64,000 bases of DNA from Octopus sinensis (Eukaryota), in assembly GCF_006345805.1 (NCBI RefSeq), contig NC_042999.1, positions 66,216,001 to 66,280,000 on the forward strand. The letters are read 5' to 3'. A model generated the notes under the pieces. That model saw only the letters and a program-made list of their open reading frames with translations, had not been told where the DNA came from and did no database searches. Both the position numbers and the translations under genes were made by a program. Numbering within the stretch: the stretch's first letter is position 1; each line of letters opens with the position of its first letter. Of this stretch, positions 12,771 through 28,042 are shown one piece after another.

Positions 12771-13855
12771 CAATAAAATTAAACTCATCAGAAGGACAGT
12801 AGTGTTTATGGATCTTTGCTGGCCATTCAAAACTGGTGTCAAAACTAGAGGAATTTAAACTAAAATCGAAGACCAGCTTTCAATACAGGTAAAAGAGTGA
12901 AGTTCGACAAACACTCCCAAGAGGCAGGCGTTGCTGTTAAACGAGATGTCTGGTTAAGTATTCGATGCAACTCATAATGGTGTTGATAAGTAATTTTTCT
13001 TTCTATCTATGTGGTTTGCGTTGCGAGAATTCTTACTGGAACAAGGGCATGTTTTTTTTTTCTTGACTGTCAGATCAAAATGAGTAGAAAAAAAAACAAT
13101 ATTATTGAAGTTTACGTTGCCGCAACAAGACTATGATTTCGATATGGAACATTAATGCTCTTGATACTCTCTGTTCAAATCTTGCTAAGAAAGAGTTGCC
13201 TTTCAACATTTCGGGCAAGAAATATATACCAATGAAGGGCAATAGATTAACAAATAGGGCAAACAATGCGGTCTAACTGTATTATTCGCCCTATTCGTTC
13301 TGTATGTTTGCTTCCTGAGTTCAATCCCACTGATTCTACTTAAAGGTTCGATTTAATGCATTTTATAGATTAAAACCACACCCTGGTGCATTGTGTGTTT
13401 TTAGCGAAGTTCTTTCTGTTGCCCATCATTCGTACAATTGCTCTAGGTTTCAGGGTAACATTTTGCCCTCGTTCACACAATCTCCACGGACAGGTGAAGG
13501 ATCTTCTGCATTGCCTCCTTTCTGCGTCAACGATATAAATTAAGCATACTGAGGAATATCTCACAGTATGGAAATGTTAATACCGTACAAATGTTTGGAG
13601 AGTAGTATCGCTAAAGCATCAGACAAATGCATAAATGACTTAGTTAAAGTTTTCCACCTAATCGGATAAATTGTTGCTAGGATTCTATTCTATTCACTTT
13701 TTAGCTCGGGAGTGAGATAACTTAATTCGAGGAGTTGATGGAATTCCTTGATACAAAAATCAAAAGCTTCGATCACCTGTTCACCGAAATGTATGAGGCT
13801 GAATATCTCAGTTTAAAGAACGCTGTTAAAAAGATGTCTAACATGCCTGGTTCAG

Positions 13856-13910
<55 letters not shown>

Positions 13911-13949
13911 TATATACATACATATATATGCATGTATATATATATATAT

Positions 13950-13980
<31 letters not shown>

Positions 13981-16316
13981 TTGTGTGAGTGAGTGTGTAT
14001 GTGTTATATTGATATTAGTGTGCCTTTCAATTAGTAAAAGCGTCATTTCAAATCACCGGCAAATATTGGTTTAACAACTGTTACATGAAACTGTAGTTAT
14101 TAGCTTTTACACATGTACCTGCTAAATACTCACTCCATCAGCGGAAATTTGAGCAGGTTAACTAATAACTGCAACCCTTTGAATATAACTAGCGTCACCA
14201 AAAATAAAAGAAATGACGTGTATATTCCAAGTGAATTACATCGAAGAAAAAAGAAACAATAAAAACATACCTTCCAATAACAAAAAGTATGGACATAACG
14301 ATAGGACTTTTTCATTTTCATCTGCATTAATAAAAAATAAATATCAAGATTATCAAACAACATTGTTATTTCGGTGCCTAAATTAGATATGCATTTCACA
14401 AACTAAATATGAGATTGAGTTTATTAGATGAGAAAATTCTGGCTCAGTTTTCTAAAATTTGATTTATGGAACCGAGGTAGCTTGCACGCGGTCGCTGAAA
14501 TCGCTAGAAATTGCAGTGAAACACTACGTAAATTATACCACAGCATCTTAACTAAATGATAATATACTTCCAGATACACGAAAATATGAGATAATCGATA
14601 ATCACTACTCAAACACATTTGATCTCAGGTACGGTCAACTAGGACAGACCTAGGGTTAATCAACAATCACAAGAACAAAAACTCATTTTAAGTGAATTCA
14701 GCTCACAGCAAACATTGCATTTCAAATCATATTAACTTTCTTAAAATCAAGTAAACTTCAACACCATTATTGTCTTAAATCTATAGAACAATTGGTTAAC
14801 ACTTCTGTCTTCCTCTTTTGATAATCAATAGTATTCTGAGATGGCTTTAAACCAATCTACACTACAAATTTACTCTTCTTTAACCAATGAATGCATTCTA
14901 TGTTTTATTGAATATTTAGTAATTTTTAAAGCCATAGTTTGCATAGCCATGACAACGTATCGTTTTATACATGAATTCTCTCCACTGGGAGGTCGACATT
15001 AAATATTTCTATTAAACTAATTTAACTTCTCACTCAACCAAAGCTCTCCTCCGGGCAAAGTATCCATTTTCTAGATGAATTCTTGCAGCTTCAATTAGTT
15101 AACTTTATATCTGAATACTTCTTGTATTTTGAAAGTTTCTTGTTATCCTTCAGTTGTCAAAGCTGCATGTTAATAAAGTTGAAACTGACGTCCATTACAC
15201 AAATGGAGAACATTGTGTAGTTAAACATTAAACGCTAATATGGTTCACAAGGGTTTTATTTTCATGCAGCCAATAAAGCTTTCATCTCTCTGCTATAGTC
15301 GTGAATTGCTCCCATTGTTAAAATCTTACAGTTGTGATATCGAAAATATTGCTCGCGGTGAATTTCTAATTTAGCATCTGAAAAGGAACTGTGCCATAAA
15401 GACAAGAAATTGAAAGCATGTGAAAGTAATCTTATATGAAATAATATTAGCAAGAAAATGGTGGGTGTGAGGTGGAAGGTTTGATTCTATTATCTACTCA
15501 AATACCCGTGGATGGGGTGAAGGTTGTATACTTGATTTCATTAGAAACATAATTACACCTTGAAATCGTATGTAAAATGAAATTCCATTTCTCGTCTCAT
15601 TGTGTATACATCTTTCTCTAAGTTACAAATTCCTTCAAAATTATATTCTTTTGTTCTGAATTATGCATATTCATCTATTTAATTCCATCACAACTCTCAG
15701 AACAATAAAATAAACGCACAAGCTCTTTTAAAACTCTCTTAAACTGAATGAACAATAAGAGCAGCAGCAAAGAAACTGCTAAAGCCTACCCCTACCAGCA
15801 ACTAAGTGCAGTGTTTAATAAGAGCTGGAGTAGTGAGGATGGTGTCCCGGAGCTTAGAAGTGAACTAGGGATACGTAAATAAACCGGGAAATTAATTTGA
15901 ATGTAGGTATTTGGGTATATTATGCTTAAGAAGTATAATACGCCAATGAAACTTTCTAAATAAAGCAAACTATACTGTAACACAAAATATAGGTACGTAA
16001 GTTAGTATACTGTGGTATACCCTATCTTTTTTCAAGTCTTTTCACATAAATTAATAAAATTAATCAATCGGTCAGTAGCGATAAATCAGTACTTTTGCGT
16101 TCTCTATTACTCCAGTCGTGTGCTATAGAATAGCACACATACACGTATAGAGAAACTGATCTCACGTCACCACAACACTCAATATGCTACTACTCTGCTC
16201 CATTCATCATTTTCCAATCTTCTTCACCGTTATTACTTCACCCCCATTTCCTCACTATTATACAGTAAATTTTCCACCGTATTTCTTGAATCACTTATAT
16301 TTTGATTTGGCTACGC

Positions 16317-16319
16317 ACA

Positions 16320-16379
<60 letters not shown>
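16317..16379. repeat. (CA)n microsatellite
   Basis: Directly visible. Confidence 0.95.
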
Positions 16380-16380
<1 letters not shown>

Positions 16381-18958
16381 CAAAAGATACTAACATACAC
16401 ACAAATATCTGTCTTTTTTGTTTAATTTCTTCGTATCTTTCTCTGTACCCTCCATCCAATAGTCAACCACTTGTCTCTCACACACATATCCGGCGTTAGG
16501 AGTTCTGTAAAGGACACGGGTGCACAGATCAAGGTATTTTTATTAAAATAGTATAGTATGTTACATAGTCAATCTTTTATTTAACGTAGGTTTAAAACCT
16601 ACGTCCTCATCACTGCAGTCTTTTTCATTTCGAATTTTATGTTTCAAACCTATCAGTGCAATTCGTTAGTCAGAAACTTAGAAAAAGGAACTGAAAGAAT
16701 AACAAGAGATGAACGAAAAGACAAAGAGGAGATGACATTTCTGGACGCAGATATTATTTCGGAAATTTTAAGGAGGGAAATATTTATTAGCAGAAGCTAA
16801 ACCACTTGATCAGGAAACAATAGAAACAAAATGACTGGTAATTCACAAAGAGTAATTACTGAGAGTAACCTTTCTTTAGTACTTTGTTGAAAACTTATGT
16901 AAAAGTGCATAGTGTTTAAAATTAAAACCAAACCATGGGAAAATAAAACAGACGAAATCTATATGGGTTGGACGAGATATCAGATATTTCTCACATGATA
17001 GTGTAGATATCGCTGAATATATGTATAAATGATATATACTTGTGATCAAATCAGTTCCAGGTGATAATGAGCTGCCTTTTCATATCTGTTCTTTTAAACA
17101 CAAGACTTACGATTATGAACTTTTTGAAAAAAGTTTGATAAATGTGAAGTGCTTGCCACACTAACAGTTTTGAAAAGACGTTATTCATGCATCAGGTTGA
17201 CAAAATAGGTGAATACTTACCTGTGAGAAATAGTGACACATATGTGACAGAAATGCTGAGATTGAACTTCGTAACCAACATAAACAGAAGTATCATGAGA
17301 TGAGACCCTACTCCTTCAAAAAGAGGTAGATATCATCGAACCAAATGCATATGGTATCTTCTACATCCGAATATTGTATCATGACGACACTAAAGCGGCT
17401 AATAAGCAATTAATTGAGATTATTTCAATTTGGAATATTCCATGATAACTTACATGCGACTGGCAGTATTCAAAATGGTATTGTGCACGAGTTGGTAGAA
17501 CTTTTGTGTCACTGGGATCCCTTCCACGATTGCAAGGTGAAAGAAAATCTGATAAAAGGAAGAATCTTGTAAGCACATTATTTGTCACAAAATGAATTTA
17601 TTTGCTTTTGTTCCTATCTCTTTTTGAAACGCATAAACTGCGAAAAATCACAGGTAAAATAAAATTCTATGATAGTGAATGGAACACCTGTTCCTGCTCA
17701 TAATTTATCATATTTGACTAGCTTTCATCAGCGGACTAATTTGCAATAGAAAAATCTCTTTTTGCTTTCTGTTATTTCGTTGCAGCTTGTTCCCAATCTG
17801 TAGACTGCTATTTATAAAACCTAACCAACGAAGTAGATATTGCAAATGTTAAGATTTTAAGAATGATTTCTCTATATTTCCACGATTGTTGTAGCAAAAA
17901 CGGTTTATTACTGTGCTAACTTAATAAAAGGGAGATTGAATAAAAATAGTATTCCGTCTTGATGAATTCAGGAATCATGACTATGACGATGGTGACAATG
18001 AGGCAGTCAAGTACTGGGGGTTTCAAATTATAATACGCATTGAAATTTCTCCTACTATTCCCTCTCACTCTGAAAAAATATCCATTGGCTTTGTGTGCTA
18101 CAGGTTCAATTGAGTTTTCTGGTGATGCAGTTTCCTATAATGGAACTACACATTATGGCTATAACATAATTTCCTGTACTCCAAAATGATTACAAATATT
18201 TTTTACCCTGCAGAAGCTGCCTAACACTTCATCGGGTAACAACTTTCCGATCAGTAATCAGAATCGACATATTGTTGTTGCAGGTTGCTTTGAATCGTAT
18301 TTTGGTACTAAATACTAGAAGTGATGTAAAATGAGCTTTCAAAGACATGTTCAATTTGAGATGCAGAGCGATTTCCTCCACATGGTACCCATGATATTAA
18401 AGACAAGAGAACTCACTGTTACTAGTGACTGTTAAAGATGAAATGTAGGAGAGTGACGTTCTCACCGAAAATCTGTATAAACCTGTATTTAACACTCGAT
18501 TGAGTAAATCAAAATATATGTCGAAAAGTTTGTATATTGAGAATAAACTACATTCAGATTAGAGAAAGTGAAATGAGTCACGTGATAAAAGCGGGGTAAA
18601 TGCTCTTTATATATGTGGCACCATTATTTCAGGAATCGGTTTCTGTATCAATGTCAAGTGCAGTTCAAATTCTTGGAGATAAAGCATTATATTGTCATCA
18701 AAAAAGGGGGTAGAATTAATTAATTGTTAATAAATTCGACCAAGCAGTATTCGGTATGTAAGAATTTGAACTGCAGTTTTTACCTCTGTAGAAATGTAAT
18801 GCTCTATGACTCACGTGGGTGGACAGGGAGAATAATAGATCTCATTCGTATTTTTGGATTCGCTAGTACTGGGTGTCTGGCATGGTTTGTCCGATGTTAC
18901 AGATATCGGACGGGTATGTTTGATTCTTAGTATTTTCAAATCTAAATCAGAAGAAATC

Positions 18959-19020
18959 TCTGAGCTGATGAAGGAAAAGTGGCGTTTTACCCACAAATCC
19001 AGAAACAGACTGTCCTCGGG
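18959..19020 (+). ncRNA. Candidate type I hammerhead ribozyme, solitary
   Basis: tctgag-CTGATGA-a-GGAaaaGTGG..CCACaaaTCC-a-GAAAC-agact-GTC-ctcggg. All three stems can pair; extra A residues flank stem II. Confidence 0.55.
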
Positions 19021-19289
19021 TATCGTATATGGATTTTCTGAGTATGCATTGTCTGGAGACTTGTATTTGCAGTTGAAGAAATAGCCAAATTTTTATACAT
19101 GTATATATATATATATTCATATATATAAAACACGTACCAGACAAATAGGAAAGTTGATATACAGTGTACACACCCATATATATATGTGTGTGTATGTGTA
19201 TACATATATATAGTAAATAATATAATTAAAAAAATAATAATTAGATAATTATCTTGTATTTATGACATACACTAATACAGCAAATACAG

Positions 19290-19410
19290 TCGACCTTGCC
19301 TTTCATCATTCAGTTTGGATAAATTAAATACTAGTGCATATTGGGTTCGATCTAAGCGACTGGCCGCCTGCCCCCAAAATTTGAGGCTTTGTGCCTAGCA
19401 GGGAAAAGAA
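19290..19410 (+). mobile_element. SINE family A, 3' fragment
   Basis: gtcgaccttgcctttcatc...ataaattaaatactag resembles the 12541 copy. Confidence 0.65.
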
Positions 19411-19420
19411 ATCAACAAAT

Positions 19421-19867
19421 ACATTAAGGCATTCAGAATAAATTAAAAGTATTATTTAAGATTATAATAGAAATAAGCAATATATGAAATAAGGATATAC
19501 ATGAAAATATAAACAAGAACATTTCGATATGTGGAGTGAAATAGCGATTATATAAGAACACCTTACTAAAATTACAAATTAAACATGTAGAATTAAAAAT
19601 TAAAAATTAAAAGTTATAAATTAAATTGTCTGCAGTGAGAAAACTTGTGGAGGAATTTAAAAGTCTGAGAAATGTATTTGTTTTAAGAATTCTAAGAAAT
19701 TTTGAATTTATAATTTTTAATAACGTTTTGTAATGTTCGATATTTCACTACACATATCGTTCTATTTTTTTATTAGTTATATTTTCATGTATATTACTAT
19801 TTCACATATTTTTCTTTCTATTATATTCTTAAATAATGCTTTTCATATGTGCTGAATGTCTTAATGT
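19421..19867. repeat. AT-rich foldback (MITE-like), imperfect inverted arms of about 180-200 bp
   Basis: acattaaggcattcag...tatacatgaaaatata...gatatgtggagtgaaata is mirrored at 19735-19867. Confidence 0.7.
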
Positions 19868-20152
19868 CATTCTTGTATTAATGCATGTCATAAATATAAT
19901 ATATTTATCTAAATTTTGTTTTTTCTTTAAATTATATTATTTACTATCTAGCGTCCCGGGTTCAACCTGAGCAATTCGAAGCAGTTGTATAATATTTCGA
20001 AAGAAAAAGCAATACAATTATATGCATATATATATGTGTGTGTGTGTCTGTGTGTGTATAGGTTCTTCGGTTCATACATATACGACATTGGTATGTTCAT
20101 ATGCACATGTGTGTGCGTGTGTGTGTATGTGTATACACACATATTTATATGT

Positions 20153-20425
<273 letters not shown>

Positions 20426-20989
20426 TACTGCATTAAATATATTCCCATATTAAAATTAACATTCAACGAAGCTTAGAGAATAAGGGATTCTGTTAAGTAA
20501 TACATACTAAACAAATTCCATATTTACATAAATTATACCAGGCAGACCAGCTTTATATGCTAGCGGATAAGGGATTTTGGTTCTACGATGTATATTTTGT
20601 TCTATAATATTTATATAAGGTTTTAAATGTGCAAATATCATACACACAAACAAAGAAACAAGTGAAACCCATGTAATACACACAGATTATTATACACAGA
20701 TAACAAAAAAGTGAACTCAATACGTAAATCAGAGAGTACAATGTTTTATTATCTGAAAAAATCTACTCGTGTTATTCACTTTCTTATAATTCTGTCAAAA
20801 AGCACTTTCAGTAAGTGAATTGGAAACATCTGTAGTCCTCTGGTTAAATTCGGAACAGTTTAAGATAATGTGTGGGTGTGTGTGTGTGTGTGGTGTGTAT
20901 GTGTAGGCGTGAGTATATATGAGCGTTTCTGTGGGTATATACATATCAAAATCGCATTTATATAAATACATAGTTGTTTGTATGCTTCC

Positions 20990-20990
20990 T

Positions 20991-21047
<57 letters not shown>

Positions 21048-21052
21048 GTATA

Positions 21053-21088
<36 letters not shown>

Positions 21089-21210
21089 TGTATGTATGTA
21101 GTATGTATGTATGTATGTATGTATGTATATATGTGTGTATGTTTGTATGTATTAAATATATGTGTATATATATATATATATATTATATATATATATATAT
21201 ATATACATTT
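20990..21210. repeat. (TA)/(TATG)n microsatellite
   Basis: Directly visible. Confidence 0.9.
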
Positions 21211-21589
21211 TTATGTATGTATGTATCGATATATGTATCTATCTCTCTATAAATTTCTATCTATGTATTTATCTGCCTCTCTATATATATGTATGAGAGC
21301 TAAAAGCGGTGGTACATAAACACTATAAAAAGGCAATCTCTAAATGCAAATTTATAAAATATTTCGGAAATAAAACGTTTGCTGTTGATTTTTTTCTTAA
21401 TATAGGTTCCAACAGACATTGCAGTTTCAGACTTATGTAACTCTTAACTTCATTTCAAATAACATTTAGCCGCCATTTTTTTACTTTGTTTTACTAGCTT
21501 TTCTTTCTGCTTTCTTTCCAATATATGAATTATATTTACTAGAAACATTATCTTTTGTACAACTGGAAAAGCAAGGATGATAATTCTCA

Positions 21590-21692
21590 CAATAATAACA
21601 ACTACAACAATAATAACATTGGGGAAAATAATAATAATAATAATAATGATAATAATAATAATAATAATAACAATAAAAAAAATAATAATATT

Positions 21693-21724
<32 letters not shown>

Positions 21725-22022
21725 AAATAATAATAATAATAATGGTTTACAAGGAAAGCGTAGCGAAATAAATGTACGACCAAGAAATCAATATGTAAAG
21801 AGGAAATAAATGATCATTTATGGAAACGCACCCGAGATATTCGTATTGTTCAATATAACAGCGATTATAAACGTTTTTATAAAGTGTGTGTGTGTGCGTG
21901 TCTGTGTGTGTATGAACTTTCGAGTTGAGCTAATCTATCGTGATAATAATAAAAATAAGAAGTATAATAATAACAATAATAATAACAACAATAATGATAA
22001 TAATAATAACAATAATAATAAC

Positions 22023-22058
<36 letters not shown>

Positions 22059-22061
22059 GAC

Positions 22062-22099
<38 letters not shown>

Positions 22100-22229
22100 A
22101 CATCACGTTTATGATTACGATTTTGTTGTTGATATTATTTTAATAGCTATTACGTCATGTCATAATTTGTTATTGAAGTTATTATCATTACCATTATTAT
22201 TTATTTTGTATTATTGTTGTTGGTCTTGT

Positions 22230-22289
<60 letters not shown>

Positions 22290-22300
22290 CAGCAGCAGTA
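21590..22300. repeat. (AAT)/(AAC)/(AGT) microsatellite cluster
   Basis: Directly visible. Confidence 0.9.
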
Positions 22301-22389
22301 GTATAATTGCTTTCGTTGTTACACAATTTTTGTTTTATCATGTAATTTGATAAATCCTGTATATGTGTGTTTGTCTATATGTATAAATA

Positions 22390-22760
<371 letters not shown>

Positions 22761-24826
22761 ATGTAATGATTTTATCGAAGAATATTTATGTGTTTTTAAA
22801 TACAAATTAGTTTGATACATATATCTTTCTGTTTGTAATTGTAATTGCATACAATACCGCTTCATGTATATTTATTCGAATGCTATTATTTTTATATTAC
22901 TACTCTTGTACAGAATGAAATATCTGTTTCTTCAATTTAGTATTATCCTCGTAATCTTATTTGAATTGCATGTTTCCATTGCACAGCACCGCGCTACTCC
23001 ATGTTCTTTGAATTCTTATAGTGTTTATTTTCATTGTTTTGAGAACAATCTTTTTATAACTGTTGCTATTATTATTGTTTTTGTTGTAGCTGCTCTTCTG
23101 TTTTGTTCTTCCAGTTCTTTGTATTATTTTTAATGCTGCTCATTGTTATCACTTTTGCTTTTTATTTATTTAATATTAATCCATTTATTACTATCATTCA
23201 TTCATTATTCATTTATTTCAAAAAACAAAAAACATATATCGATAAAGTGATATCATTACACTTGGTTTTTTTTTTATTAGGAAGTGTGTGCCACTTATTT
23301 TTAATGCTACGTAGATTGGTTTGTTTAAAATATTTGTAAACTTTATCGTTGCACAAAGAACAAGATCACAAAGGAATACGGGATGCTTTTTCTGTAACGT
23401 CTTTGGGGTTATGCCTCTAAACAAATAAAAAAGAAAGTTATAAACATTTTTTCGAAATAGCCGATCGGCCAACGAAATTTTATAGGAAAAAGAGAAGCAT
23501 TGTTAAAGATGTCACTAACACTCACTCCTTTTTCCCTTTCAGAGAAGAAGCCCATCTGATATTCCTATCGACAAGGCATGTACCACTGTTAATATTGAGT
23601 CAGTTGGGGAGAAAGTATATGAATGTTGTAACATCAAATAGCTACAGGACCTCAACGGAAAATGAAACGTCTATAACGCTACAGCAACGGCATTTAGCCG
23701 AGCAAAATCAGTCTATAGGCCAGCAGCAATAACATGGACCACATAACGAGTGTTGGGACAACAGTATTGAAAATGAAGATAAGTTATTATGTATATATAC
23801 AATATAAAATCACAAACCGGCACTACACTCATCAGCATGGCTTTTTTGTCTTGCAACCTTCGACCTCAAAACAAGTAGCAGCATCAACAAGAATATTGAC
23901 AATAGTGAAAAGAGATTTTTGAAATTTCTCCTCTGGGCGATTAGTGTTATTAGAGAAGAAACAGAAACAAGAATACTCGTGCAGACGGACGGTAGAAAAT
24001 TCATCTCATATGTTGCCCTGGAAGCAGTGGAAAATAAAGAAAATGCACAGTAGAGTATCGCTATAGGCAGGAATTGTTGGTGGTTCATAGAACTATCACA
24101 TGCAGAGGAGAATAAATATCTGAAAGCAACTTGGAATCTTTGTTAAATCTCAGATAGCATAGTGAACATTGGTATAAGTTTGAAGTCAAGAGAAAAACAT
24201 CAAATCATTGCAGCGTCACTATAACCAAAATTCATGATTAGTTTTTCATGCATAATGAAGATAAGGTGGGGTTGATATCGTATGATGATAACAGTTGATG
24301 GCTAGCGGTGCCAATTATATCTGGTGGGGACGAAAAAACGGTCATCTCGTTTAAGCAGAGATTAAAACAAATATTAGTCAGGAAATGAACCAGGGATAAA
24401 CCTTGCGCTTTCCTCTTATCCAAGCAGGTCATTAAAAGCTTAAAAACGTCCCCACCTAATTGAGATGTCGATTGGCTCGGTGCTTGCTAAAATGTCGGAA
24501 AAAAGTTGACATAGGCGTCATATCTGTATGGATGGACCAGCGAGCACGGGTAAAGGAGGGATAATCTGCTTAATACTCTACAAACAGTTAAATCTCCTTG
24601 ACATACAGAATTATGTGATTCCCTTATTCAGATAAATCGCATCGAGAACCCGGAAATAGAATATCCGCCCGTGGTTGAGCTGATGCTAGACATTTACAAC
24701 TTGTCGATAGAAGAAAAGAAACAACGGTGCATGCCTCTGCCAGTTCCCTGCTATTGTAATACCATAAACACCACCAGATACTGGAACAAGGGAAACGGTA
24801 GTAGAAATAAACGAGCAGCAACCACA

Positions 24827-25195
24827 GTGGAGGTGCAATGGCCCAGTGGTTACGACAGCGAACTCGCGATCGGAGGATCGCGGTTTCGATTCCCAGACCG
24901 GGCGTTGTGTGTGTTTATTGAGTGAAAACACCTAAAGCTCCACAAGGCTCCGGCAGGGGGTGGTGGTGACACTGTTGTACTCTTTCGCTCCAACTTTCTC
25001 TCACTCTTTCTTCTTGTTTCTTGTCCCCGACCTCCTACGCAACCGCTGAGCCTGGATGCGTATTCATCCATTCGTCGATGCTCTCGGTGTCGTGGGTTGA
25101 CCTGCTTTCTCTTCTGCGGGTCTTACGAATAGCAAAGGACCAAGTTTCGGACTTCTCCCATCTTGCGAGCTCTGAGAAGACGACCGTTCGCTTAA
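24827..25195 (+). mobile_element. SINE family B head with an alternative 3' tail
   Basis: The first about 190 bp match 8534-8720. The sequence after about 25020 differs completely from the 8.7-8.9 kb tail. Confidence 0.85.
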
Positions 25196-25447
25196 CAGCA
25201 ACAGCAACACTTGTCACACTTCAACAGTTTCATTACTAACATAAAGAGGAATAACAGCGACACCGATCTCAGAACGAAACTAGTAGCAAAAAGGGAGAAA
25301 AATGTTACTATAACCAAAAGTAGACTTCAGTTTTCTTCATCCTCCACATATTTTGGTTCACAAGATTTTTCCCTTCTCTCCTATATAACCCAACATGCAA
25401 AATTATATTTCCCAGCATTGTTCGTGCTTCCCTGTGTGTTTCTATGA

Positions 25448-25486
<39 letters not shown>

Positions 25487-25487
25487 C

Positions 25488-25863
25488 AATAATAATAAGG
25501 GTAAAATTAATTAATTAGTAATTAATAATTTTACCAAGCAGTGTTCAGTATGTAAAAGGACGATTTACGGCATATTTAAACATTACTTTATATAATTAGG
25601 GTTCAGCAAAAACATTTACTTTACCACACACCGATCTTTTAGAAATAGCAGCCAAAGAATTTTGCTATTTCTCCTACTATAAGAAGAGTCCTACTATAAG
25701 AAGAGTATTTGAGTAGAAGAGTAAAGAGTGTTTTTGAGCTTACGTTGTCTGGGAGAATCTTCTTATAGTAGGAGAAGTAGCTAAATTCTTTGGCTGCTAA
25801 TTCTAAAAATTCGGCGTGTGGTAAAGTAAATTTTTTTGCTGAACCCTAATTATATAAAGTAAT
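25488..25863. mobile_element. (TA)n-flanked repeat with an inverted arm (candidate PLE terminus family)
   Basis: Inverted arms at 25582-25687 and 25758-25863. 25490-25660 is related to the reverse complement of 57180-57345 and 58575-58745. Confidence 0.7.
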
Positions 25864-25866
25864 ATA

Positions 25867-25928
<62 letters not shown>

Positions 25929-25932
25929 TATA

Positions 25933-25969
<37 letters not shown>

Positions 25970-25970
25970 A

Positions 25971-26109
<139 letters not shown>

Positions 26110-27240
26110 ATATATATATGTCTGTGTATATTTATATGGAATACATATATGTCTACATATATGCGTGTGATGTATATATGTATACAATTATGTATTCATG
26201 TCTTTAAATAAAGAACAAACACATATTTGTTGCATTTCCTGTCTATATTAACATTAAAACTATTGATATTGTTGTCGTTGTTGCTGCACTTTTTCTTATT
26301 AGAAACATTTTATTATTGACATATTTTTTTCAACTCATTTATTTTCTTCCCTATTTCCTGTTCATCTCTTTTGGAAATACTCTAGCTGTTTGAATTTCTA
26401 ATTTAAACAGCATTCTATATCCTTGCGAAATACTTATATACGTTCTGAGGCCAATATTCTTATTGAAATATCTAATAAAACCTAAAACATTGTACTTTAC
26501 TGAATACGTCGTGGTTATTATTCCGATAAATCTTCAACTACGAACTCCTGCTTATATTTCATAAGTATCGGTGCTTCTGTTGTTCCTGAATCAGAAATCT
26601 TACCAATTTTCTCGTATTTTCCCTGAAGAAACCCATATGTGTTTTGACGCAATTTTCTTGTGACATTTCTACGCGTGTCTTCATATGACTATAAATAAGT
26701 ACGCTTTATTTTGTTTGTTCAATATTGTACATTTGTGCTATTTAAGCCACAATTGGTAGGCGTAATAAGTTATCGGGCTACCAACATAAGTGTACATGAG
26801 AGCACTAGTACATAGCTGTTAGAAATAAGAGTCAACTTATTCTCAGATCGCAATCTGAGAAAAGGAACATTATATTGGATAAAGTACAGTTAAGTTTACG
26901 AATGACGAATTAGTTGTAGTTAAAAGCTTTAAAATTTTTAGATATATTCGATACTCTAACAAGTGTCTCTCTCCCCTTCTCTCTATACATATTTCTCTCT
27001 TTTCTTCTCTCTTTCCCTCTCCCTCTCTCTCTTCCTCTCTCTTACTTTCTTTCTCAACGTTGACCACATACCATAATTCATAAATATCTAAAGGCGTTTT
27101 TCCAATACATTTACTGCGTTAGCTTGCTGGTCACCGGCCTTAACGATTTTACTGTTTACTCCTTCACGAGAAGGAGTCAACAAACTGCAGAATTTGGCTA
27201 GTCCTCCAACAGTTATTATTATTATCATTATTATTATTCA

Positions 27241-27756
27241 GTGAGAGTGCAGTGCATGCCATCAAAGTGACACTGGGGTAAAATATACGAAGCCCAGTAT
27301 ACCCATCATGACTACCCGTCAGATAAGGTTACACCAGGAACATGCATCACAACCATATGTGCGCGACATGGTGAGCTCATATCAAGATTAACTGCGCATG
27401 ACCTTGAAGGTGGGGCCCAGTTAGGATTTTCTTTAGGTCGAATAGCCCATCCCGCTAAAAAGTGGATAAGGGTTGTTTAAGGTTGTTGAACGAAACACCC
27501 ATGTTTCCAGAGGTGAATTAACCAAACCAAAAAGAATTCCTTTCAACACATGGCTATGATGCTTCCCCACTACTCCTGCTGGTGATCAGAGATGCACATA
27601 TCGTCAGCAACTAAGGGTTAAAATAAAACAACGCACATGCAAGTCTGTGGTATTGATATTTTTTATACCAACACAAAACGATGTACATGACAACACTTCC
27701 AATCGGTTAAGATGAGAAGCAATGAGAACCACTGCTTTGTACTGCATCAGGGCATT
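27241..27756 (-). mobile_element. About 550-bp non-coding repeat with (AAT)n tail, copy 1 (internal deletions)
   Basis: Colinear with 28043-28596; (ATT)n adjoins the left end. Confidence 0.85.
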
Positions 27757-28042
27757 CATTCTTTTCCTTCTACTTTTATTATTATTTTTTTTTTTTTCTT
27801 TCAAATTTGCTTCCATTTCTTGCCGAGCTTCTTCCCGACTCCTAGGGCAAAGAAACTCATAGTATGCATTAGTAGGCCATTAAACTAAACTCACTAGTTC
27901 GTTCAATTTTTTTTTAAAGTTAAATTAGAATACATGGGTAGTAATAGTTCTCACATCGACAATGCTCTTCTCAATACGTGTGATGTACCAGTTAAGACAA
28001 TATTTTGCACTTCTTGCAGGGATGGTAAGCCAGGGATTATTA

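Noticed and set aside
18811-19085. Possible minus-strand terminal exon (NAYSENPYTIPED...NEIYYSPCPPT*)
   Set aside because: No partner exons or recognisable homology. The region is better explained by the plus-strand HHR/pLTR-like cassette.
23540-24130. Candidate exon after a polypyrimidine tract and AG
   Set aside because: Frames are interrupted by stops on both strands and there is no recognisable domain.
27480-27612. CTGACGA ... GAAAC on the minus strand of the 550-bp element
   Set aside because: Stems I and II do not pair, so it is not a hammerhead.
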